Part shown: positions 52,413 to 63,321 of the stretch, piece by piece
How positions within the stretch are numbered: the stretch's first letter is position 1
Layout: the number at the start of each line of letters is the position of its first letter
Source of the DNA: Blastocladiella emersonii ATCC 22665
Lineage: Eukaryota; Fungi; Blastocladiomycota
Length of the DNA stretch: 64,000 nt
Assembly (NCBI GenBank): GCA_025594325.1
Contig: JANHCV010000001.1
Span: forward strand, 1,612,001-1,676,000
Reading direction: 5' to 3'
Translations under genes and position numbers: made by a program
The notes under the pieces: model-generated
The model's database searches: none
Told to the model about the DNA's origin: nothing
The model's input: only the letters and a program-made list of their open reading frames with translations

Positions 52413-53630
52413 TTAGGCGTCGGCGGCCACGGCAGCGACGGCCTCGGGCTCGGGGGCGGCGGGCTCCTCGATCAATGGCTTCTTCTCCTCGGCGGCCTCG
52501 ACCGTCTCGGCCGTGGCCGTGACCTCGACGACCTCCTCGGTGACGGGAGCAGCGGGAGTGGCCTCCTCGGGGACCGCGGCGACGATCTCCTCGACAATGG
52601 CCTCGGCGACCTCCTGGGCGGGCGCCGCGGGGGCCACCTCGACGGCGACCTCGGGCTCGGCCGACTCCTTGACGATCACCTCCTCGACCACCTCCTCGAC
52701 GACCTCGGTGGTCGTGGTGATGACGATCTCGCGGGTCTCCTCCTCGGCAGCGGCCTCCTCGGTGGCAGCGAGAAGAGGCTCGGCCTCCGCGGCGACCTCG
52801 ACCTCCTTGGTCTTGGTCTCCTCGGCGACCTTCTCGGCCGTGCCGGCAGCGGGGGCGGCGGTGATGAGCTTGCGCAGCGGGGCGAGGAGCCACTCGGTGA
52901 AGAAGCGGGTGAGCTTGAACTTGGACATGTAGTAGCGGGTGGTGAGCCAGTAGCGGGTGCGCATCCACCAGGTGGAGGCGGCGCGGCCCGAGCGCCACGT
53001 GGCGACGGCGCGGGCGATCTGGGCGGCCGTGGGCTGGTTGGCGAGCACGAGGTCGACGGCGTCCTCGACGATCTTGCCCGTGGCCGCGTCGACGACGATG
53101 GCGGTCGGGATGCCGACTAGAGGCGCGGGTGAACGGGCGGGTGTTAGCGAGACTGCGAAGCAAAGGGCGGATCCAGTGGAGCAAAGCGTACGCTTGCCGA
53201 GGGCCTTGACCGTGGCCCAGTGCGACGCCCAGTGCGGGTTCTCGCAGTCGGCGGGGAGGTCGGCGGGGAGGTCGGCGCCGGTCCAGCCGAACCGGAAGTA
53301 GGGGAGAAGGTTCTTCTCCTCGTGCTCGGCGCGCGAGTATTCGAGGCCGACGTAGACGAGGTCGACGTCCGTCTCGTGGTGGTTGTGGTGGACGGCGGCG
53401 AGCGTCGGCGCGAGCGCGCGGCACGGCGGGCACCACGCCGCGCTGAACGCGTAAAGCGTCAGCGGGCGGCGCAGCGACGACAGCGTCGCCGGGTGGCCCG
53501 CCGCGTCCTGGAAGTAGGTCCACGGCAGACGCTCGGCAAGGAGCGCGGGCGTCTGCGCCGTCGTGGTCGTCGCGGTCGCGGGCTCGGCGGCGCGCGTGGG
53601 GAGCTGGCAGACACCGTTCTCGCAGTCCAT
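52413..53630 (-). CDS. Nucleoredoxin/tryparedoxin-like thioredoxin (WCPPC) with a Glu/Ala/Val-rich tail
   Basis: YAFSAAWCPPCR active site and K|LGIPTAIVVD cis-Pro loop after intron 53191-53117. Confidence 0.85.
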   Translation of the reverse strand: MDCENGVCQLPTRAAEPATATTTTAQTPALLAERLPWTYFQDAAGHPATLSSLRRPLTLYAFSAAWCPPCRALAPTLAAVHHNHHETDVDLVYVGLEYSRAEHEEKNLLPYFRFGWTGADLPADLPADCENPHWASHWATVKALGKRTLCSTGSALCFAVSLTPARSPAPLVGIPTAIVVDAATGKIVEDAVDLVLANQPTAAQIARAVATWRSGRAASTWWMRTRYWLTTRYYMSKFKLTRFFTEWLLAPLRKLITAAPAAGTAEKVAEETKTKEVEVAAEAEPLLAATEEAAAEEETREIVITTTTEVVEEVVEEVIVKESAEPEVAVEVAPAAPAQEVAEAIVEEIVAAVPEEATPAAPVTEEVVEVTATAETVEAAEEKKPLIEEPAAPEPEAVAAVAADA

Positions 53631-53928
53631 GGTGATGATGTGCGTTTAGTTGCGTGAACGGGGTTCGCTTCGCTGGTTCGTGGACCCTGAATGCAGGTCA
53701 GAGGGAGAGCGGGGACCAAGGGCAGGGCTAGCCGGGCAGGGCTCGCCTCCCTCGCCTCGCGCGCCGCCGGCGATCGTCAACACACACAGGAAAATTTCCA
53801 ACAGCATGGGCCCACTCCAAAACAAGTCGCGCAATACGATGGCAACAGCCCACGTGACGTGGATCCACTCCCGCGTGGGTGGCGCAGCGCCTCCTCCGTG
53901 TGGCGCCGTCGTGGCGTCATCCACACGC

Positions 53929-54881
53929 TCACGCTCGCGAGATCCACAGCAGGTCGACGCTCTCCATGCCCGCCATCTGCCAGTCGCCGTCGCCATCGCC
54001 CGCCGTGACGCGATCCCACCACGCGGTCCCGACGGCCCCGGCCTCGCCCGCCGCGTAGTGCGCGAGCAGGTCCGACGCTGGCTGCGCGCGAGTCACGACT
54101 AGGCCCCACACGGCGAGCAGCGGCGTGAGCGTGTGCGACGAGCTAAACGGAAGCAGGGAGTGAGATGGCGCCATCCCGAGGGTTACCAGGGTGAGCGCGT
54201 ACCTCCGTCGCTGGTGCGCGATGACGAGCACGGGCGGCGTCGAGGAGCCCGCGGCGAGGCGGTGGAACGTGCCGAGGACGCGGTCGTAGTCTACTCGGAT
54301 CAGCACGTCAGTCACGTCCCGCTTGCGCTGCCAGTGAACGAGCCGTACGGTCGTGGTGGAACAGGACGTCGGCGCCGAGCACCACGTCAACGTGCCCGCC
54401 GAGCGCGTCAAGAACCGACTCCACGGCCTCGGCGTCGCCCCATGGCATCGGCGCCGTGGCCAGGACCCCGGCAGGGAGTCCCGGGTTCGCGCGAGCCATG
54501 GCAGCGACGGGCGGCATCGCGCCGTGCGTCCGGTCAGTCGCGAGGACGTAGCGCGCCCCGAGCTGTGCCGCGACGAGCGACGGGAGGCACGTCCCTGCGC
54601 CGAGCTGTGAACGATCGTGAGTGAGAGCATTCGAGGAGTGTAGCGGCGAGGCGTACCTCGACGACAACGCGTCCCTGCGCCAGCGTCTCGGCCTGCGCGC
54701 ACACGGCAAGCGCGAGGGCGAGCGCCGCGGGCCAAACATTGCCCGAGTACGCGACGGCCGCCTCGAGACTCCGGGATTCGACGACGCCGATGCTCAGGAG
54801 TCCGTCGTCCCCGTGACCACCGAGCCCGTTGCGCCGAGTCGCCGCGACGGGCAGCACAATGTTCCGTGTGAAGCAATCCAT
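53929..54881 (-). CDS. Class I SAM-dependent protein methyltransferase, Methyltransf_16 (METTL23-like)
   Basis: YSGNVWPAAL, VVE|LGAGTCLPSLVAA, LATD, MPWG, DVVLGADVLF. Introns 54656-54605, 54348-54291, 54202-54143. Confidence 0.88.
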
Positions 54882-54913
54882 GTCATGTTCATGTATTTCT
54901 ACTCAGAGTACAG

Positions 54914-57736
54914 TTACCACCTGGAGCGCGGGATCTGATCAATCAGCCCGCGCCGCTCGCCCGAGTTCCCATTCACACCGCCAGAACCGCCGCCGCGCCG
55001 GTGCTCGATGCGGTCCAGCAGCGTGCCGCGTCCACCCACGTCGTGCGTCGAGACCGCCGCGCCGAGCGGCGCCGCCGGCATCGAGTTGGCGCGGCCCAGC
55101 GTCATGGGCCCGCGCGTCCGCGACTTGGACCGCGACCGCGATGCCGACCCGTGTGCTGCCATGGTCGGCCGCCGCGACAGGGTCCGCGAGCCCTCGGCGG
55201 CAGCGGCTGCGAGACCGAGTGGCCGGTCGTCCTCGTCGCTGTCGGCCGCGTTGGCCATGCGCCGCGGCGACGACTCGGGCTCGTCGAACGGACTCCCGCC
55301 GCCGCCGAACGCGTCGTCGTCGAGGTACCGCGGCGACCCGGCCGCGTCGGGCGAGTCCCACGCGTTCCCGCCGCCGCGACCCAGTGTCGCCGACGAGCCC
55401 ATGCGGTTGCCCGCGCTGCTCGGTGCGCGGCGCAGCAGCGTGGCGCCTGGTGATGGCGCGGCGGAGGACCCACCGCCGCCGCCGTTGTTGGTGCCGGAGA
55501 TGGTGCGCGACCGCGACAGGTGCGAGGACCCGAGCAGCGTGGGCCGCTCGAGCGTGAACCCGGCGAGGTTCTCGGAAAAGTCGAGCAGGGGCTTCCCGCC
55601 GGGCCCCGCCGTGATCGACGTCCCGTGCACGATGCCGCTGGTCGGCGCCGAAATGTCGCCGACGAGCGTGCTCGGGCCCGCATCGTAGTCGAAGGCGGCG
55701 GCGTCAAAGTCGCCGCCCGACAGGTCGGCCGCCGAGTCGGCGGGCGGGAGCGGCAGCTGCGACTGGTCGTGCTCGTCGTCCTCGGGCTCGTCCTCGAACC
55801 ACTCGCGGTGCATGAACCGGTCGACGTGGGCCTTGGCGGCGCGCAGGGCGAGGACCCAGGCGCGGTGCAGGTCGGGGTTGTCGGCGTACAGGTAGTGGAC
55901 GTGGTCCGACTGCTCGAGGAACAGGCCCATGCGCGCCGAGTTCTTGAGGGCGATGCCGAACGCCGTGGGCTGGCGCTTGCGCTTGGCGGTGATCGTGTAC
56001 ACATCAAAGTGGGCGAGCGAGCACAGCGGGGCCATGGGTTTGGACGACCCGGGGCGGCCGGCGAAGACCGACGCCACGTCCTCGGCCGACGTCTGCGACC
56101 ACTCGATGGCCGACGTCAGCGTGCCGGGGGCGGCAAATTCGGCACCCGTCCCGCGGTACGCCACGGCCTCGGCGCCGAGCCGCAGGTCGACGGCGCGCTT
56201 CTTGTAGTGGCCCGGGCGCGACTCGAGGTGCAGCGTGTGGCAGAAGGGCGCGGCGGGGCCCATGAGCGCAAACTCGGGCGCGCGGTGGAAGGCGTACCGG
56301 CGCAGGACCAGCACGTTGCGGGTCGTCGGCTCCCACGACCTTAGCACCTCGCCGAGCGGCTCCCACGGGCGCAGCGGCCGCTCGAGCCCGAGGTCGTGGA
56401 ACTCCTCGAACAGCGTCCACCCGGGCACCTCGCCCGCGAGCGCGGCCAGGTCCGTCGGCGACAGGTCGAGGTCGTCGAGGTACGCGGCGTGCAGGTCGAG
56501 GTGGTCGACCAGGAACGACACAATGTCGCCGACGGGCGTGATGGACGTCACCGACACGGGCTGCACCCGCGACGTGTCGTGGATGAAGATCTTGGTCGAG
56601 ATCTTCTGCACCTTGGCCTGCGCGAGCTTCTCGACGAGCACCGACGGGTCGACCCCGCCGCCCGCCGCCTTGGTCTTCTTGGTCGACGATGACCCGGACC
56701 GGGCCAGCGCCGAGTCGCCCTTGCGCGACCCGGACCGCTTGACGCGGCGCTCCGCTGGAGACAAAGCCGGGTCCTGCGACCGGTCGCGGTCACGGCGCGA
56801 CGTCGACTTGGACCGCGCGAGCACGGCCGAGGCAGCGGCGGCCGCGTTCCCGCCCGATGACAGCGTGCGGCGCAGGGTGCCGAGCGGTCGGTCCTCGTCC
56901 TCCTCGCTCGGCCCGGCGGCGAGGGCCGGGACGGGCGGGGCGGCCGGGTCAGCGTACGGCGAGCCGCGCGAGATGCCGAGCCCCCTTGGCGCGGCCGACC
57001 CGCGCGATGTGCTGTTGGACCGCGACAGCGGCACGTTGTCCTCCTCGTCGTCGTTGTCGGCGCGGGCGCTCGAGTGCGAGAGCGGGCGGCGCGGGGCGAG
57101 CGACGGCGTGCGCAGGGGTTCGGTGAAGGTGGTGGTGGCGGCGGAGGGTGGCGCAGGACTGCTTGTGTAGCGCGGGAGCGCCGGAACGGGCGGCGCGTGT
57201 GGGTCGGCCGTGCCCAGCATGGGCGCCGAGGGCGACGTGGGCACGGCGGCGGCGGCGGCGGTGGGTGCAAACAGCATCGAGAGGCGCTTGGTCGAGGGCG
57301 CGCGGCCCGTGGCGAGCATCGAGTCGAGCTCGCTCGCCATGCCCGCGAGGTCGCCCCAGTCGAGGTCGGCAAAGTGCACGGCGCTTGCGGACGAGGGCGC
57401 AGGTGCGGCGGCGTGGTGCAGGTGGCGCGGGGTTGGCGCCGTCGGCGTCAGGTCGGCCACGACGTCGGCGGCCTCGTCGTCCTCGTCGCCGTCGCGGCTG
57501 CTGTCGACGGTGAAGGGCGACAGCGGCAGCGGCGACGACACGCTGCTCTGGACGCGGCTCGGCGGGCGCGACCCGTACGGCGACGCGGCGGCCGACTCGA
57601 ACGGCGTCGACGCCGACGTGGGCGTGCCGGAGGCGCCGGCAGCGGCCGGGTCGTCGTCGCCGAACGCCGACAGGTCCATGGACAGCTGCGCGAGCAGGTC
57701 GTTGAGCGAGGCGCTGGTGGCGGGCTGGAACGCCAT
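54914..57736 (-). CDS. Ras-association-like plus PH domain signalling/adaptor protein with disordered flanks
   Basis: KISTKIFI, GWTLFEEFHDLGLERPLRPWE (RA-like ERPLR motif) followed by a PH-like region ending HRAWVLALRAAK. Confidence 0.7.
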   Translation of the reverse strand: MAFQPATSASLNDLLAQLSMDLSAFGDDDPAAAGASGTPTSASTPFESAAASPYGSRPPSRVQSSVSSPLPLSPFTVDSSRDGDEDDEAADVVADLTPTAPTPRHLHHAAAPAPSSASAVHFADLDWGDLAGMASELDSMLATGRAPSTKRLSMLFAPTAAAAAVPTSPSAPMLGTADPHAPPVPALPRYTSSPAPPSAATTTFTEPLRTPSLAPRRPLSHSSARADNDDEEDNVPLSRSNSTSRGSAAPRGLGISRGSPYADPAAPPVPALAAGPSEEDEDRPLGTLRRTLSSGGNAAAAASAVLARSKSTSRRDRDRSQDPALSPAERRVKRSGSRKGDSALARSGSSSTKKTKAAGGGVDPSVLVEKLAQAKVQKISTKIFIHDTSRVQPVSVTSITPVGDIVSFLVDHLDLHAAYLDDLDLSPTDLAALAGEVPGWTLFEEFHDLGLERPLRPWEPLGEVLRSWEPTTRNVLVLRRYAFHRAPEFALMGPAAPFCHTLHLESRPGHYKKRAVDLRLGAEAVAYRGTGAEFAAPGTLTSAIEWSQTSAEDVASVFAGRPGSSKPMAPLCSLAHFDVYTITAKRKRQPTAFGIALKNSARMGLFLEQSDHVHYLYADNPDLHRAWVLALRAAKAHVDRFMHREWFEDEPEDDEHDQSQLPLPPADSAADLSGGDFDAAAFDYDAGPSTLVGDISAPTSGIVHGTSITAGPGGKPLLDFSENLAGFTLERPTLLGSSHLSRSRTISGTNNGGGGGSSAAPSPGATLLRRAPSSAGNRMGSSATLGRGGGNAWDSPDAAGSPRYLDDDAFGGGGSPFDEPESSPRRMANAADSDEDDRPLGLAAAAAEGSRTLSRRPTMAAHGSASRSRSKSRTRGPMTLGRANSMPAAPLGAAVSTHDVGGRGTLLDRIEHRRGGGSGGVNGNSGERRGLIDQIPRSRW

Positions 57737-58365
57737 GGCGGTGGTGGGGTGGTTGATAACGGTTTAAGTTGTGTGGCGCGGCCGGGAGAAGAGAGGGAGA
57801 GAGAGGGCGGGGTGCGGGGTGATGGATGCCTTGATGATGATGAAGGCCACTCGCGCGAGGGAGATGGGGGCGGGACCGCTGGCCGTCGCGCTGCTTCCGC
57901 TTCCGGTTACGGCGTCGGTGAGGGTGTTGCGGTGTCGCCGGCGAGGGTGGAGAGGAGAGGCGGAGGAGGAGCGCGAACTGCAAAAGAACAAGGCACGGCG
58001 GGGCGGGCGGCGCGGCGCAGCGGGGCCCGGCGCGAGCGGAGTGGCGTGCCTAAAACAAGAAGGCGCGCTGAAAACCGCGGTTTTGCGGGTCACCTGATGC
58101 GTGCCGCGGCGACGCGTGCCAGCGTGTCGTCGCGTGCCTCTTCTCGTTCGCGGCGCCGCCCGCTCCCTCCCGCGCCGATCGCCATCGCGCACCCCGCCGC
58201 CCATGTATCGCTCGCGCCTCTAACCGGCCGCACTCTGCTTGCACCGCCGTCCACCGAGTGCCGATCCCACCACACCCGCGCCGCTGGCAGCGCGCGACCC
58301 CGAACCAATCACCCGCTCCATCACCTCTCGCACACGCGCCGCGCTCGCCTACCCGCCTCCCCGCC

Positions 58366-61300
58366 ATGCCCGAGGCCAACGTCGGCCGGTGTGTCGCCCT
58401 CGTGGTGCTGGTCCTGGCCATCCTGGTCGCCGTGTTCCACCACGCGCCGGACCGCACCACCAACCAGGACCTGCTCTACTCCCGCAACCCGATACTACGC
58501 GCCGCGCAGCCCGACCCGGAGCAGCCCGCGCCTCGCCCACGGCCGCAGCAGCAGAAACATCATCAGGAGCAGCAGCCCGCCCCACCCGTGCCGCAGACGA
58601 AGCCGCCCGCGCCTCCATCGCAGCCCAAGCCGGCCGCCGAGGCCGCGACTGCGAGCACGACCTCGACCACCTCCTCTTCTACCTCGACCTCGTCCTCGGC
58701 TGCCGCCTCCGTGAAGCCGAAGGCTAAGCCCAGGGCCAAGGCCAAGCCAGCGGAGCAGAAACATAAGAAGCAGGAGAAGCCCAAGCAGGCGCCCTCGTCT
58801 CCGCCGCCACCGTCACCGCCGCCGCCCGCCAAGCAGCAGCAGCAGCAGCAGGAGCAGGCCCCGAAGCCCGAGGATGAGCCGGCCTCGCCGCCACGGCCGA
58901 AGAATGCCGTGATCCCGCCACGGAAACGCGCCGTCCGCGCCGCTTCCACGGCCGACCAGCCGGGCGCCGTCGCCGTCGCCGCCGAGGAGGCCGTGCCCGA
59001 GCCCGCGTCGGGTGGAGCCGCCGTCGCACCCGCGGCCAAGCCGAACCAGAAGAAGGTCCCCAACGGCCCGCTCTCGGCCCTCCTCGACAAGGACCCGAAG
59101 CGCACAGAGGGCGACAAGGCGCGCGCCTCGGCCGCCCCCTCCGCCGCCGCTGCCAACGCTCCCGCTTCCCCACCGCCCGCACCGACTGATGTCGTTGTCG
59201 TCGACGCGTCGTCCATCTCGACCAACGTGCCCGCCCCCGCCCCCACCGCCGGTGACGCCCTCGTTGCCGAGGCCCTAGCCATGCTGCGCGACCTCGACCG
59301 CGCCCGCCCCGAGTGGCACCATTTCGGCCACCGCAACGTGCGCGCGATTCTGGACGGACCAAAGGACCAGATGTACTCGCTCTTCGGCACCGTCGACGTA
59401 CACTTCCCCGCCGACTTCCTCGCCCTGTTCGACGGCTCGCTTGACTCGGACCACGAGGTCCGCCGCGAGCTGCGCGCCTACAACGCCAAGGCCAAGGACG
59501 CCGTCCGCAAGCTCAAGTACGCGTGGGAGGCCAACCGCCACACCGACGCTGGGTTCCTGCTCGCCCAGATCGCGCTGGTACGCGTTCTTTGGCCCGGCGC
59601 GCTCGAGAGCTTCGTCGCTAACCTGTTCGCGATCAAACTACTAGTTTGGAAACTACTCGCTCCCGATTGCGCCGCAAGTGTCGTTCGACCTCCTGCACAC
59701 GCTCGCGTCCAGCACGGGCAACGCCACGGCCCACTACTACCTCTCCGTCTTCTACGCGACCAACCTCGGCGGCGTGCTCGGGTCGGGCCCGCTGCGGTCC
59801 ACGGTGCGCCAGGACAAGGCCTTCCTGCACCTCACCCTCGCCGCGTCCTCGGGCGACTTCCCGCTCGCCGATATGGCCCTCGCCTACCGCTACCTCCACG
59901 GCATCGGCGTCGCCGCAGACTGCGAGCGCAGCGCCGCCTACTACCAGCGTGTCGCCACCCGCGTCCTGCGCCACTACTACTCTGGCCCGCCCGGCGGCCG
60001 CACCCTGCCCAGCCCGCGCGTGCGGCTCGCCGACGAGGCCGGTGGTGTGTACGGGCCCGGCTCTACGTTTGTCGCCGACCGGCCGTCGCAGGACCTGTCC
60101 GAGGAGGACGCCTTCGAGTACTACAAGACCATGGCCGAGAAGGGCGACCTCGCGTACCAGTTCACCCTCGCCAACATGTTCTACCTGGGCACCCACACCA
60201 TCGAGGCCGACCTCAAACTCGCCTTCAAGTACTACAGCATGGCCGCCGCCTTCGACGTCGAGGCCGAGGCCGCCAGCCTGCAGTACGAGCACGGCCCCGC
60301 CAGCTCCCGCGCCAAGGACGAGATCCAGGCCGTGCAACAGCGCGTCGGGCTCGCCTCGGCCATGGTCGGCCAAATGTACGTGCGCGGCGAGGCCGTCCCC
60401 GCCAACAACGCCACGGCGTCGCGCTGGTTCGAGCGCGCCGTCAAGTACAGCGACCCGCTCGGCCACTACTGGTCCGCCGTCATGGCCATTGACCGGCTCG
60501 ACGCCGCCATCGCGGCGCAGAAGCGGCTCGCGACCGCCAAGGAGTCGGCCGAGTACCGCCGGCTCAGCGGCGTGATCGCGGCCAGCGCCAAGGCCGGCCG
60601 CCACGAGGCCCAGGCGTACGTCGGGCTCAACCTCGCGTCGCGCGGCGAGTACACCAAGGCCATCCAGTACCTCTCGCTCGCGTCCAGCAAGGGCCACCTG
60701 CCCGCGTCGCACCGGCTCGCCGAGCTCCACTACTACGGCCGTGGCACCTCGCGCATCTGCACCGTCGCCAACACGTACCTCAAGTCGATTGCCGAGCGCG
60801 GCATGGAGTGGTTCGACCCGACCCTCACCACCGCCTACAACGTGCTCGGCCACCACAACACGGACCTCGCCGTGCTCCTGTACCTCATGGCCGCCGAGCG
60901 CGGCGTCGAGGTCGCCCAGGCCAACCTCGCGTGGCTCCTCGACCAGCGCAACGCCCACCGCGAGTCCGATTCGCTGATCGCGCTACTGTACCCGCTCGTC
61001 GCGCCCAAGTCGGCGTCCGCTTCGGGGACCGATGTCGCGGCCTCGGCGGCGGCCGACTCGGACACGCACGCGCACGAGCCGTGGACGTCCTACTTCCCCG
61101 CGCGGTCCGTTGACCTCGACGAGCTCGCGCTCATGTACTGGGTGCGGTCGGCCAACCAGAACCAGGAGGACTCGCGCGTCAAGGTCGGCGACTACCACTA
61201 CCACGGGCGCGGCACCCTCGCCAACCCCGCGCACGCCGCCACCGCGTACCTCGCCGCCACCGAGTCGCAGCAGTCGGGCATCGCCATGTGGTCCGCCGGG

Positions 61301-62479
61301 TACATGTACCACCACGGGCTCGGCGTCCCCAAGGACCGCCACCTCGCCAAGCGCTACTACGACCTCGCCCTCAGCACCAACGCCGACGCGTGGCTCCCCG
61401 TCTCGGCCTCGCTCCTCCACCTCCAGGTCTCAGCGTGGTGGGACCGCGTGCGCGGCGTCGCTGAGCCCGACGCGCCTAGGCAGCAGGAGCAGGCCGCGGT
61501 CGATGCGCCCAACAAGCGCAAGGACGCGCCCGCTGCCGCCGCGGCGGGTAAGAAGCAGGCGGCCGGTTCCTCGGCGAGCAAGTCGCCCGACGCGCGCCGC
61601 GAGTCCAACTCGGCGCCGGTCCCTGAGGCACCCGCTCCCGCGCGCGGCGCCGACGACTCGCACGACTGGACGTGGCGTGACCTCGTCAAGCGCCGCCACC
61701 GCGGTTCCTCCGCCGCCGCCGCTGCCGCCTCATCCGCGACCGCGGCCACGGACCGCATGCCCAACACCAACTCGGGCGGTAACATCCTAGTCCGTACGAT
61801 GCGCCTGCTCGGGTCGCTCATCGGCGTGACCATTGATGATGACGACGACGTCGAGTTTGCCCTCCTCATTTGCTTCTGCTCGGCGCTCGTCTACCTCGTC
61901 TACGTCCGCCACCTCCAGGTCCAGCGCGTGGCCGAGGCCGAGCGGCGCCGCGCCCAGGAACGCGCGCGTGAGGGCCTGGTGCAGGCGGGCGTCGCTGCAG
62001 TTTCCGTTGCCGTACCGGCCGCTACTGCTCCCGCCGCTGCCCCAGTTGCCGCTTCCGCTCCTGTCGCTGCTCCAGCTCGGGTTCCGTCGCCAGCCCCAGC
62101 TGCGGCTCCTGCTGCGTGCGCCGAGCCCGCGTCGTCGAGCTCTTCCGCTGCACCCGCGCCATCATCCTCATCCGCGGCCGCCTCTGCCCTAGACCCTGCA
62201 GCTGCCGCATGGGCTGAGCGCGAGGCCGAGAAGTGGCGGGACTCCAAGGCGAGCAGTTCCCGCACCACCGCCGCGACCGAGACCGACCCGATCCGCGACG
62301 ACGAGCCGCCCGTCCTCCACGCCCGCCAGGAGACGCCGAGCGAGGAGGATCTTGACATGGAGATTCCCGCCAACGGACCTGCTCGCGCCCAGCGTGCTCC
62401 TCGTCCTCCTCATCGCGACCGGCCCCTCATCGACGAGTTTGAGCTCGATCCCAATCGCCGGTGGCCCAATGACCCGTAA
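58366..62479 (+). CDS. HRD3: ERAD adaptor Hrd3/SEL1L (Sel1-like repeats, type I membrane protein)
   Basis: N-terminal hydrophobic signal; intron 59578-59644 restores AQIAL|FGNY. Motifs MALAYRYLHGIGV..DCE, PPGGRTL, VAQANLAWLLD, RSANQ...SRVKVGDYHYHG, GYMYHHGLGVPKDRHLAKRYYD; C-terminal TM VEFALLICFCSALVYLVYV. Confidence 0.92.
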
Positions 62480-62682
62480 TCGCGGTGATGTGTGTGCGTG
62501 ACAAGAGTATAAACGAGATTTTACGACGACTCGAAGCGTGCTGTGCCGAAGGGCGGTGAGTCGCGCTCTGAGTCGAGCCCAAGAGTCACGAAGCAGTGCA
62601 GCTCGAGGCGATAAAACGGTGGCCGCAGCGACGCTGCAGCTCTCGCTCTCTCACAAGTCACCGACACGTACTCGAATGCACT

Positions 62683-63321
62683 ATGGCGACTAAGTTGCAA
62701 CACCTTCGCTTCACCGTCGCCGCCGACCCCGCAGCCAACCGGCCCGCCGTCTACGTGACCGAGTGGACCGACGCCGACGCCGCGGCCCTGCCCGCCATCT
62801 TCAACAGCAACCCGTCGATCCACGCCAACACGATGCGCGTCCCGGACCCGTACACCGAGGGCAACGCCGTCTCGTTCATCGACTTCGTCAAGCGGTCGTA
62901 CGCCTCGGGCAACCACGAGCTCGCCCTGCGCGTCGACTCGCCGACCGGCCGCGTCATTGGCGGGTTCATGATCGAGGAGCAGACGCTGCGCCAGGGGATC
63001 CCCGAGTCGCCGCACGCCGCGTCGGGGCTCGCGCAGGACCAGCTGCGGTCGTGGCTCCTGGGCTACTGGCTCGACGGGTCGATGCGCGGGCGCTCCATCG
63101 CGCCGCGCGTCGTCGAGGCGACGCTGCGCGAGGCCGAGGCCCAGGGCAACGTGGTCCGGGTAGCCCTCGACTGCTTTGTCGAAAACGTGCCGTCGCGCCG
63201 CGTCGCCGAGAAGGCCGGGTTCGAGCTCGAGGGCCGCACGCGCGCGTGCTTTGTCAAGGACGGCAAGCTCCGCGATATCTACACGTTTAGCTGGATCGCT
63301 CCCAAGTTTCGTAGTGAATAG
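62683..63321 (+). CDS. GNAT acetyltransferase, RimJ/RimL-like (Acetyltransf_3)
   Basis: VPDPYTEGNAVSFI, LGYWLDGSMRGRSIA, NVPSRRVAEKAGFELEG. Intronless. Confidence 0.88.
   Translation: MATKLQHLRFTVAADPAANRPAVYVTEWTDADAAALPAIFNSNPSIHANTMRVPDPYTEGNAVSFIDFVKRSYASGNHELALRVDSPTGRVIGGFMIEEQTLRQGIPESPHAASGLAQDQLRSWLLGYWLDGSMRGRSIAPRVVEATLREAEAQGNVVRVALDCFVENVPSRRVAEKAGFELEGRTRACFVKDGKLRDIYTFSWIAPKFRSE

Noticed and set aside
59570-59690. Apparent frameshift in HRD3 between two ORF-track entries
   Set aside because: Explained by a canonical 67-nt intron (59578-59644, GTACGC..CTAAC..TAG).
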